From Heptranchias perlo (Eukaryota), in contig NC_090339.1 in NCBI RefSeq assembly GCF_035084215.1, forward strand, positions 38,502,001 to 38,566,000: 64,000 bases of DNA, read 5' to 3'. Under the pieces are notes generated by a model. It was not told the DNA's origin, did not search any database, and saw only the letters and a list, made by a program, of their open reading frames with translations. Shown here in pieces: positions 48,859 to 60,560 of this stretch; position 1 is the first letter of the stretch; each line of letters begins with the position of its first letter. Position numbers and translations under genes: made by a program.

Positions 48859-49613
48859 ACACAACCCTGCCACGGCAACCTCTGCAAGACTTGCCAGATC
48901 ATCGACACGGATACCACCATCACACGAGAGGACACCACCCACCAGGTACATGGTTCATACTCCTGTGACTCGGCCAACGTTGTTTACCTCATACGTTGCA
49001 GGAAAGGATGCCCCGGAGCATGGTACATTGGCGAGACCATGCAGACGCTGCGACAACAGATGAACGGACACCGCGCAACAATCGCCAAACAGGAGGGTTC
49101 CCTCCCAGTCGGGGAACACTTCAGCAGTCAAGGACATTCAGCCACCGATCTTTGGGTAAGCGTTCTCCAAGGCGGCCTTCGAGACACACGACAACGCAAA
49201 ATCATCGAGCAGAAGTTGATAGCCAAGTTCCGCACCCATGAGGACGGCCTCAACCGGGATCTTGGGTTCATGTCACGCTACACGTAACCCCACCAGCAAA
49301 AAGGGGGAAAAAATTTATATGTTTTTTAAAATTCTCTCTCTCTCTCTCTCTGCCATTTTGAGTTTCTTTCTGCCTGCCTGTGTAATAGACACAATGTATA
49401 TCGAGTGTACTGGGACGTGCTGTTCTCCGTGACTGGCCTGTTTGAATAACAACGACACCTTTTGATTGGTGTGATGCTGTCCCAACATAGTATAAGATAT
49501 GCGATTTGAGAACCTTTTCATTCATTCATCTGACGAAGGAGATAATCTCCGAAAGCTTGTGATTTTAAAATAAATTTGTTGGACTATAACCTGGTGTTGT
49601 AAGATTCCTTATA
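48859..49613 (+). mobile_element. Penelope-like retroelement 3' fragment (GIY-YIG endonuclease + pLTR) nested in CR1
   Basis: Open frame to the stop at 49287: TQPCHGNLCKTCQII...SCDSANVVYLIRCRKGCPGAWYIGET...GEHF...EQKLI...GLN; 12-bp TSD TTTATAAATAGA (48847-48858 / 49614-49625). Confidence 0.93.
49526..49562 (+). ncRNA. Minimal type I hammerhead ribozyme in the Penelope pLTR
   Basis: UCAU-CUGACGA-A-GGAGA uaa UCUCC-GAAA-GCUU-GUGA. Confidence 0.78.
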
Positions 49614-51474
49614 TTTATAAATAGAGGCATAGAGTACAAAAGCCAGGAGGTTATGTTGAACCTTTATAAAACACTGGTTCGGCCACAACTGGAGTATTGT
49701 GTTCAATTCTGGGCACCGCACTTTAGGAAGGATGTGAAGGCCTTGCAGAAGGTGCAGAAAAGATTTACTAGAGTGGTTCCAGGGATGAGGGACTTCGGTT
49801 ACGTGGATAGACTAGAGAAGCTGGGGTTGTTCTCCTTACAGCAGAGAAGGTTGAGAGGAGATTTGATAGAAGTGTTCAAAATCATGACAGGTTTAAATAA
49901 AGTAAATAAAGAGAAACTGTTCCCATTGAATCAGAGGACACAGATTTAAGGTGATTGGCAAAAGAACCAAGGGTGACGTGAGGCAAAACTTTTTTACGTA
50001 GCGAGTAGTTAGCTGGAATGCGCTACCTGAAAGAGTGGTGGAAGCAGAGTCACTTGTGGCTTTCAAAAAGGAATTGGATAAATATTTGAAGAGAAAAAAT
50101 TTGGAGGGCTACGGGGAAAATGGGTCTAACTGAATTGCTCTTACAAAGAGCTGGCACAGGCTTGATGGGCCGAATGGCCTCCTTCTGTGCTGTAACGATT
50201 CTATTCTAAGAGGAGAGAAGAAAATTGGAGTGGAATAAAATAGATATCAGGCATCAGCTGCTAAAGTTTCACATCTATCATCAAGGAAAATGTGCCCTTC
50301 AACACCACAGTAAACTGTTCAATCTGCTGGAAGATTTAAGAAAATTCTGATGGACTGAGTTCTCTGTAGAGATCCAACAATAGTTCTTGCTCAGCCAGTA
50401 TCTGAGTGAGTCATACCTTGATTACTATATTGAGGAGCCCTACCTCAGGTTCTGTTGAAACTGTGGCAGGCGGCGCCTGGAACCCTTTGTCAGGAAACCA
50501 AATGTGACTCATTTAAAACGAACATCGAAGAAAAGAAAATAATTAGACCAGCACCACTCCCTCTTACATCTCTCACCCAAATATATACTCTGCATTTAGA
50601 TGAGGGTGGGCCCCACTCGCAGTCCCCAAGGAAATCATAACAGATTCTTTAGAGTGGAGCAGGTGTACTGATGATTGTTATGATTCAGACACTTTCCAAT
50701 GTCTTTTTACATGTATTCAATGTAGTAATCAGTCTCGATCGGCAAGTATACACTTCCTGTGAATCAAAACTTGACCCTGTGTACAAGTATCTAGGACAAT
50801 GTCCAGGTATCAATGAACATTTTTACTGTTAGGGGTATACACTTGAAATGATACAAGCTACACAAATGATGCTAAACACCATGCTAACAGTCCATATGAT
50901 TCAGGCTGAAAACTATTAAAGAATATAGGGAGCAAAATTGGGCCATGTAGCGCCCGTTTTGTAGGCGCTACGCAGACAACTAACTCCTGAAACTGGCATC
51001 TGAGATGCACGCGCACACTTCCGATGAGAAGTGCACAAGACGCCATCTTGCTCAAAGTGTTTGTGTGTATGCACCTAATGACCGCCTGCAGCATGTAGAG
51101 TAGGGAGATTATGATGCGAATCAACGAAGATTTGAAGCAGCTGGTGAAATTTTGGAACTCCATGCTCCAGCCAAGGCCCTGACTTAACCTCGCACAGCTG
51201 AACAGGACTTAAACGGCATTAAGGACCCCCCCCAACCAGCGCTATTTAAAGGGATTATAAACAACTTACAGGTTAGTTGCTGGATTATTTCTTCTAGCTG
51301 CTGGTGCAATTGTACATGTTTTTGGAAGTTTCCTATACTTGGATAAAGTTTCAATGTTCTATAGGGAGTGGTCTGGCTGATTTTGCAGTACTTTAATGGC
51401 ATTTAAAATAAAGTGCTAAAGAAAGTTGCTCCCAGACTTGGGTGGCCTGCTGGGACTTCCTCTGGGAATTTAAC

Positions 51475-52746
51475 ATGACTGGGAGAATGAAGAGAGGCCA
51501 CACAGAGCAAGAGAAGCTGCTAGAAGAGGGAGGAGTAGGAGGAGGAAGAGCAGGGCACTCAGGAGGAGGCCATATCCAAGGAGGGTCTTCAGGGACCAAT
51601 TCTCTTACCTCAACTTCAGTGACGACCAGTGCATCCGATGGCTGCGGTTCATTAAAGAGGTTGTGACTGAAATTTGTCAACTACTGCCGCCTCAAAACAG
51701 GGCAAGGACAGCATTGCCTGTGGCTGTCAAGGTAACAGTGGCACTTAATTTTTATGGCTCTGGCTCCTTTCAGGCTGCTGCTGGAGATATAAGTGACATC
51801 TCGCAGTTTACAGTGCACTGCAGTATAACGGGGGACACTGAGGCTCTGTACGCACTCAGAAACAAATTCATCTCGTTCCCCTTTGTCAGAGACTAGCGGG
51901 AGGAGCAAGCACAAGGGTCTGCTCGTATTGCAGGCTTCCCCAAGGTGCAGGGTGCCATTGACTGCACACATATGCCATGCATGCTCCACATCTGAACTCG
52001 GCCATAATAAACAGAAAGGGGCTCCACTCCATGAATGTACAGCTGGTGTGCGACCACACGCAGCGCATCATGCAGGTCAATGCCCTCTACCTGGCAGCAG
52101 TTATGATTCCTTCATCCTGCGGCAGTGCTCTGTTCCACCTATGTTTCAACCAGCACAGCAAGTCAAAGGAGCTCACTATTGGGCGACAAGGCGAAATGGC
52201 TCAGGACTCTGGTCCAGAATGCACGCACACGTGCACAGCAGGTCTACAACAAGAGCTATGCTGCCACATGGAACATCATAGAGCACATCATAGGTGTCCT
52301 CAAGCAACAGACTGGTGGAATGGATGGACGCATGGCAGATGAAATTTAATGCAGGGAAGTGCAAAGTGATACATTTTGGCAGGAAGAACGAGGAGAGGCA
52401 ATATAAACTAAATGGTGCAATTCTAAAGGGGGAACAAGAGACCTGGGGATTGCCTGGAACGCTCTGGAGGAGCCCTGCAGTACTCAGCTGAGCGGGTATC
52501 AAGATTTGTTGTTGTCTGCTGCATGCTACACAACCTTGCCATTATGAAAGAACAGCCCTTGCCACCATCTATCAGGCGAGAACCTGAGCAAGAGGATGAG
52601 GCAGAAGAGGTGGAGGAGGAGAAAGTGGAGGACGAGGAGGAGGAAGTGCAGCAGGAAGTGGAGTAAGAGGCAGGGAGGCTACAAGGTAGACAGGCCATGT
52701 CTGCCAGGGTTCTGCGTGATCAGATGATTAATGAACAATACCAGTA
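51475..52746 (+). pseudogene. Harbinger transposase remnant
   Basis: VAVKVTVALNFYGSGSFQ, AGFPKVQGAIDCTH, NRKGLHSMNVQLVCDH, IEHIIGVLKQ, CLERSGGALQYS..VVCCMLHNLA across frameshifts. Confidence 0.87.
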
Positions 52747-52857
52747 ACCTCAATGACACCTCCCCATTCACCACCAGTCCCACACTCCTTACCATTCCTC
52801 TCTCACATAACCATCAAGTCGTCCTCCTTATGATTACACATTGCTTCCTCCCTCAGC

Positions 52858-53913
52858 TTATTACAGGTTGGCAGACTGTGACTAGTGGGGTACCACAGGG
52901 ATCGGTCTTGGGCCCCAGCTATTCACAATCTATATCAATGATTTGGATGAGGGAACCAAATGTAATATTTCCAAGTTTGCCGATGACACAAAACTAGGTG
53001 GGAATGTGAGTTGTGAGGAGGATGCAAAGAGGCTTCAATTGGATATAGACAGGCTAAGTGAGTGGGCAAGAACATGGCAGATGGGATATAATGTGGAACA
53101 ATGTGAAGTTATCCACTTTGGTAGGAAAAACAGAAATGCAGAGTATTTTTTAAATGGTGAGAGGTTGGGAAATGTTGATGTTCAAAGGGACCTGGGTGTC
53201 CTTGTACATGAGTCACTGAAAGTTAACATGCAGGTGCAGCAAGCAATTAGGAAGGCAAATGGTATGTTGGCCTTTATTACAAGAGGATTTGAGTACAAGA
53301 GTAAAAATGTCTTATTGCAATTATATAGGGCCTTGGTGAGACCCCACCTGGAGTATTGTGTACAATTTTGGTCTCCTTATCTAAGAAAGGATATACTTGC
53401 CATTAGAGGGAGTGCAACGAAGGTTCACCAGACTGATTCTTGGGATGGCAGGATTGTCGTATGAGGAGAGATTGAGTAGACGAGGCCTTTATTCTCTAGA
53501 GTTTAGAAGAATGAGAGGTGATCTCATTGAAACATACAAAATTCTTACAGGGCTCGACAGGGTAGGTGCAAAGAGGATGTTTCCCCTGGCTGGGAAGTCT
53601 AGAATCAGGGGTCACAGTCTCAGAATAAAGGGTAGGCCATTTAGGACTGAGATGTGGAGAAATTTCTTCACTCAGAGAATGGTGAATCTTTGGAATTCTC
53701 TACCCCAGAGGGCTGTGGAGGCTCAGTCATTGAGTACATTCAAAACAGAGATCGATAGATTTCTGGATATTAAAGGTATCAAGGGATATGGGGATAGTGC
53801 AGGAAAATGGCTTTGAGGTAGAAGATCAGCCATGATCTTGATGAATGGCGAAATGGACTCGAGGGGCCGGATGGCCTACTCCTGCTCCTATTTCTTATGT
53901 TCTTATGTTCTTA
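52858..53913 (+). mobile_element. CR1 3' fragment nested in Harbinger
   Basis: [22 protein letters not shown], (TTCTTATG)n tail. Confidence 0.93.
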
Positions 53914-54029
53914 AATGAGAACCACCAACGAATGCAAATTCAAATCCACATTTATAAATTAACACACAAAATTATGCAAACAAAATGAGGCTATTCATCC
54001 TTGTGCATTATCTTACTGCCTATCGATCA

Positions 54030-57000
54030 TGTGCCTTTACCTATCCCAGTGCTCCTACAAGGTGCATCCCAAGTGGCTGGAGTATGGGTGGTAGAAGGCT
54101 GCGGACCTTCAATTGAGGAGAGTGCAGATGGCCTTGGAGGATGACCTCGAGCAGTCCTGGGCCGAGAGGGCCCTACTTTGGACTGCACCATCTCGGCCTG
54201 GGCGGCAGCAATCTGGGCTTACTGGCTGACAGGCAACGGCCAGGGCACTGGCGGAGTAGCAAGGGTGGGAGCAGGAATACTGTCATCCTGAGAGAGGACA
54301 GCAGGTTTGTTTTCCATGGTGCCACTGCCACTCTCCCAGGGCGGCACCTCAGTAATCGTGGTGATCTGTTGGAGAACAGGTTGCTGGACTGCTGTGACAC
54401 CCTGGAAGCCTCTTTCAACAGTGGTAACCAGAGCCACGATAGCAGCAGCATGAGCTGCCAAGGCAGCAGTCTGAACTCCAAATGCAGCAGTCAGCCCTTT
54501 GATGGAAGCTGTTTGTGCTGCAATGGAAGCTGTGACATCAGTCATCAGATGCTGCATCATGGTGGGTTCCACGTGTGTGCTGATGGGGGCGACCACCCGT
54601 TCCATGTGGGAAAGGATGGGCTCCAAGCTCTGCACAAAGCCCTGTGCCAAGTTGGAGCTGGACTCCTCCATGCTCCTTGACATTGTGCACAGGCTTACTG
54701 GCAGGCTTTCCAGTGCACCAAGCATTTGGTTGTGTACGCCCATCAATCTTCTTCTGTAGTCTGGCCCATCGAAGTCATCATCTGACTCCTCTGCAGCAGA
54801 ATTAGTGTACGACCTCATCCTCCAACGAGCTGGTACCTGTGGTATCCCTTCCCCCCGCCCCGACTCCTGTGCACTTGTGCCTGGTGTCTCACCACGTGCA
54901 GATCTCTCCTCTATCCTCACCTCTATACTACGCACAGTGTCAGTATCTGAGCTGGTGGCTGCGAGTGTAAGATCGAGTGACCTCATCAACACTGTCTTCT
55001 TCCTCTGACTGGGCAGGTTCCAGGTCTCGGATATCTGAAATGACAAAGTGACACGGGTTGAGTTGTGATGCGGGGAGAAGAGAAAGTAAGACATGTGTGC
55101 TTACACCATCTGCAGCATGTGAGTCAGAAAAGATTGTGGGATGAGGGAGAAGTGGGAAACAAGAGGAAGGATTAGGTATGCAGAGACCCTCATCATCGAT
55201 ACCTCCAGCACTGCCAGTGGCCACGGCCTCAGCGAAGACCCTTCCAATGATGGCCAACGTTGTCTCCTCCGTGGGAGTTAAGACATGTAAGCACGCCTGT
55301 CCTCCTCCAGTTCTTTCTTGCTGCCCACTGTTATGCGCCACCTTCTCCTGCTAGAAAGAGGGAAGTGTGTCAGTGAGTGGTCTGCAAGATGTTTGGGGGA
55401 TCTGGCTGTCATGGTTGAATAGCTGCCAGTGTGTATGAGCTGTGAGTTGTGGGTGTGCGGCTTGCAACAGTGATAATGTGTAAGGGTGAGATGAAGCATT
55501 TGATTTGAAGGGTTGAGTACTGATTGAGTTTGTTGGTCGATGGGTGATGAGGGGTGTAGTGCATTGAGCTGTGGATGAGGCTAGTGGTGCAGTTGGTACG
55601 ATATGCCACTTGAAACTTGAACTCACTCACCTTGACAACTTGTGTTAAATCACTGAATATCTTCCTGCACTGCATCCATGTTCTTGGCGCTATGCTCCTG
55701 GCATTGACCTCGTCCGCTACTTCCTCCCACTGCCTCTTGAGCATATGACTGGAGGGCCTCTTGCCCCCCTGTGGATACAGGATGCCCCTCCTTCTTTCCA
55801 CCTCTTGCACCAAAGCCTCTAGTGCATAAGAACATAAAAACATAAGAGATAGGAGCAGGAGTAGGCCATTTAGCCCTTCGAGCCTGCTCCGCCATTCAGT
55901 GAGATCATGGCCGATCCGATTCTGGCCTCAACTCCACTTTCCCGCCTGTTCCCCATATCCTTTGACTCCCTTGCTGATCAAAAATTTGTCTAACTCAGCC
56001 TTGAATGTATTCAATGACTCAGCCTCCACCATTCTTTGGTGCAAAGAATTCCAAAGGTTCACAACCCTCTGAGAGAAGAAATTTCTCCTCATCTCCATCT
56101 TAAATGAGCGACCCCTTATTCTGAGACTATGCCCCCTAGTTCTAGATTCCCCTATGAGGGGAAACATCCTCTCAGCAGTTACCCCATCAAGCCGCCTCAG
56201 AATCTTAAATGTTTCAATAAGGTCTCCTCTCATAGGGAGAACCTTCACCACACGGACTGCAGCGGTTCAAGAAGGCGGCTCACCACCACCTTCTCAAGGG
56301 CAATTAGGGATGGGCAATAAATGCTGGCCTCGCCAGCGCGCCCACATCCCATGAACGAATAAAAAAAAATTCTTCTAAACTCCAGTGAGCATAGGCCCAA
56401 CCTGCTCAATCTTTCCTCATAAAACAACCCTTCCATACCCGGAATCAAACTAGTGAACCTTCTCTGAACCACCTCCAATGCAAGTATATCCTTCCTTAAA
56501 TAAGGGGACCAAAACTGTACGCAGTACTCTAGGTGTGGTCTCACCAGCACCCTGTACAGTTGTAGCAAGACTTCCCTGCTTTTGTACTCCATACCCCTTG
56601 AAGTAAAGGCCAATATTCCATTTGCCTTCCCAATTACCTGCTGCACCTGTATGTTGACTTTTTGTGTTTCACGTACGAGGACACCCAAATCCCTCTGTAC
56701 CGCAGCATTCTGAAGTCTTTCTCCATTTATATATTTTGCATTTTTATTCTTCCTACCAAAGTGGATGACTTCACATTTTCCCACATTATACTCCATCTCC
56801 AAATTTTTGCCCATTCGCTTAGCCTATCTATATCCCTTTGCAGACACTTTGTGTCCTCCTCACAACTTACTTTTCCATCTATCTTTGTATCATCAGCAAA
56901 TTTGGCCACAGTACACTCACTTCCTTCATCCAAGTCATTGATATAGATTGTAAATAGTTGAGGCCCCAGCACTGATCCCTGCATCACTCCACTAGTTACA

Positions 57001-57671
57001 GATTGCCATCGTGAAAATGACCCCTTTATCCCGACTCTCTGTTTTCTGTTAGTTAGCCAATCCTCTATCCATGCTAATATATTACCCCCAACACCATGAG
57101 CTCTTACCTTGTGCAGTAACCTTTTATGTGGCACCTTGTCGAATGCCTTTTGGAAATCCAAATACACTACATCTACTGGTTCCCCTTTATGCACCCTGCT
57201 CGTTACTTCCTCAAAGAACTCTAATAAATTAGTCAAACACGATTTCCCTTTCATAAAACCACGCTGACTCTCCTTGATTTTATTTTGAGTCTCTAAATGT
57301 CCTGCTACTACGACCTTAATAATCAATTCTAGTATTTTCCCAATGACAGAAGTTAGGCTAATTGGCCTATAGTTACCTGCTTTCAGTCTCCCTCCTTTCT
57401 TGAAAAGGGGCATTACATTTGCAGTTTTCCAATCCACTGGGACCTTTTCAGAATCTAGTGAATTTTGGAAGATTACAACCAATGCATCCACTATCTCTGT
57501 AGCCATTTCTTTTAAGAACCTCGGATACAAGCCATCGGGTCCAGGGCACTTGTCAGCCTGCAGACCCATTAGTTTACCTAGTACTTTTTCTCTAGTGATA
57601 GTTTTTAGATCCTCCCTCCCATTTACCATCATCAGTGAACCTTGGAGCACGCTGTCTCGCAGGCACAGCCA
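54030..57671 (-). pseudogene. Harbinger Myb/SANT gene remnant, exon 1 split by a CR1
   Basis: RQRAPRFTDD (~57660-57630) continues as ALEALVQEV...QWEEVADEVNARSIAPRTWMQCRKIFSDL (~55826-55630); ERTGGG exon; ORF 54219..55094. Confidence 0.8.
55827..57627 (-). mobile_element. CR1 3' fragment nested in Harbinger; itself carries a second-family LINE tail at 56234-56369 (+)
   Basis: ORFs 56727..57650, 56245..56814 and 55928..56251; tail repeats at 55827-55850. Confidence 0.93.
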
Positions 57672-59117
57672 CTCTTCAAAGTATCACAGCCCAGGAATTA
57701 CTTCTCAAATGACTCCCACCACTTTTTGGAGCCACAGTGCACCTCTCCTTTAAGAGGTGCAGGCTGCCTTGAAGTAGCGCTAGCTACTCGCGATATTGGG
57801 GCCCCCTGCTGATGCGTGCAGCCAATCAAAGTGCAGGATAACGCTGGCTGCATGCAGCAATCATTTAAAACAGCAGGCAGCACGAATGATACACAACGAA
57901 TGGGCGTGGGTTAATAGCGGACCTCGATCCCAGTGCCCATTTACGGGGGTGATCCAATTTTAACCCCCAATATATTAAATAGAAGCCAGAGCAAGAAAAG
58001 ATTTAGCTTGATTATAATATTTCACTTAATTTACATTATCTACTTCAAAATGATAAAAGTGATAAAAGCTCTAATGTTGCAACAGTTATCATCAGTAACA
58101 TGCACCCTTAATGAAAGGCTTTACATAAGAGGTGATCCCCTCATGGCCCCTTCTCACTATCATGATTCGAATGTGCAGCCTCCAAGTGAACTGAAGGTAC
58201 TCAGGCTGTTGCACACATATGCATAGCCCAGGCAGCTGGCTCACACTCTTAGAACAAAAGAGACTCTCCTTCATTAAGTGGCATTCTTTGAAGAAGCCCC
58301 AGATAGTCTCTCAATAGTCTGATAAACAAATTGATAATCAATTATGGCCTGGGATTTCCTTGGAACTACTCCTGCTCCATCGTCATGATTTCACCAGTGG
58401 TGTAGCAGAAACCCTGTTTACATACGTATAAAATGTAGAGATTCTTACGATCGACTAATGGGTCTGTCACACAGGTGTACTGATACACTGTGAGCAGGAC
58501 AGGCAATAGATGATGGAAATATCCCCATCGTTATCCTACTTAATGGGCTAACGGTAAAAGAAAGGGAATGTTTTCAGTCTTTGTGGAAATGGATGTCTGT
58601 GCCTCAAGGGCAAACATGGGAATTTCCTTAAAGTCTGAAATGATCTGGGATTCTCCTGAATCCACATGGTTTGGGTTAATCTAATCTCCGGATGTCACTT
58701 GGTGCTCAGTTTACTGGAGTTTAAATTTCCTTTTTTCAATGGGGTGGGGTTGCAGATTAGCAAATGCAGGGATTGGTTGATGCAGTGAGCTAGTATTCTC
58801 CTTCATCTTTAGGATCAAATTGAAATCCTGCCCAAAATGATGCAATTACAGTTTTCCTTTTCTCCATGCTATTTGTAAGGGTCTATGCATTAATAAATTT
58901 GATGCAGTCTGTTTGATCTAGTTTCCTGTGGACGTGGGTTGGCAGAAGAATACACCATCTATATGTTGGCACAGAACTAACAATTTCACAAGATGACTGG
59001 TGTGGGAAACATAAACATGTGATATGGGTGCAGTAAGGGGGCACTCATCTGAGGTTCCTGTTGTTACATTGTAGAGGCAAAGTCAAGGGAACTTTACTCT
59101 GTACATAACCATCCCAC

Positions 59118-60560
59118 ACTCTCTTGATTCAGGAATTGTCTCCTTGGATTGGAAAATTGCCAATATCACTCCATTATTTAAGAAGGGAGGGAGAGAGAAA
59201 CCAGGAAATTATAAACCTATTAGTCTAAGGTCTGTAATGGCAAAGTTGCTAGACTCTGTTATTAGGGACACAGTGGCTGAGCACATGGACAAATATGAAC
59301 TGATTAGAGAGAACCAGCATGTCATGTTTAACTAACCTAGTTGATTTTTTTGAGGAACTTACTAACGTGTTAAATAAGGGAATTTCTATGGATGTTATTT
59401 ATATGGACTTCCAGAAGGCATTCAATAAGGTTCCACACAGGGGACTGTTCGCAAAAAATGAAACCACGTGAAATTAGAGACAACCTATAGACATGGGTAG
59501 GGAATTACCTAGGAGGTAGGAGACAGAGAGTAGGGATAATGTGTATGTATTCCAATTGGCAGGGTGTGACCAGTGGTGTCCTCCAGGGATCTGTACTGGG
59601 GCCTCATTATTTCACTATATATATCAGTGACGAAGATGAAAGAATAGAGAGCCATATATTCAAGTTTGCTGACAACATTAAGTTAGGTGGCACAGTAAGT
59701 AGTGTAGATGAGAGCAGAAAGTTGCAAAGGGACAGTGATAGATTAAGTGAGTGAGCAAAACTGTGGCAGATGGAGCTCAATGTGAGGTCATCCACTTGGG
59801 CCTAAGAAAGATAGATCAGAGTATTTTCTAAATGGTAAGAAGCTAGGAACTGTGGAGGAGCAGAGATTTAGGGGTCCTTATACAGAAATCGCTAAAAGCT
59901 AGTGGACAGGTACAAGAAATAATTTAAAAGGCTAATGGAATGTTAGCCTTTATCTCTAGGAGGGTGGAATACAAAGGAGAGGAAGTTATGCTTCAGTTGT
60001 ATAAAGTTCTAGTTAGACCGCACCTGGAGTACTGCGTTCAGTTCTAGGCACCGCACCTCAGGAAGGATATTGGCCTTGGAGAGGGTGGAGCGCAGACTCA
60101 GCAGAATGATACCAGGGCTAAAAGGGTTCAATTATGATGACAGGTTGCATAGACTAGGCTTGTATTCCCTCGAATATAGAAAATTAAGGAATGATCTAAT
60201 TGAGGATTAAGGGATTTGATAGGATAGATAGAGAGAAACTATTTCCTCTGGTGGGGGAGTCCAGAACAAGGGGGTATAACCTTAAAATTAGAGCATGGTC
60301 ATTGAGGGGTGATGTCAGGAAGCATTTCTTCACCCAAAGGGTGGTGGAAATCTGGAAGCCTCTCCCACAAAAAGCTGTTGAGGCTAGGTCAATTGTAAAT
60401 TTCAAAACTAAGATTGATAAACTTTAGTTAGGCAAGGGTATTAAAGGATATGGAGCAAAGTTGGGTAAATGGAGTTGAGATGCAGATCAGCCATGATCTA
60501 TTTGAATGGGAGAACAAGCTCATGGGGCTGAATAGCCTAATCCTGTTCCTATGTTCTTAT
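59118..60560 (+). mobile_element. Degenerate CR1 3' portion
   Basis: DWKIANITPLFKKG, QGSVLGP, FFTQRVVEIW, 3' tail. Confidence 0.9.

Larger units (their letters stand above)
44780..50208 (+). mobile_element. Degenerate near full-length CR1 (ORF1 zinc finger/coiled coil/esterase + ORF2) with two nested insertions
   Basis: ORF1 from ATG ~44996 (CNSC..CRKC, HVGTNN, DGLHL); ORF2 motifs LNAQS, MGDFN, SDH, DFQKAFDKV, FADD; 3' stem-loop and tail near 50200. Confidence 0.92.
50928..57968. mobile_element. Second PIF/Harbinger transposon, inactivated, with nested insertions
   Basis: Imperfect TIRs GGGAGCAAAATTGG / CCAATTTTAACCCC (11/14); nuclease (+) and three-exon Myb/SANT gene (-). Confidence 0.85.
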
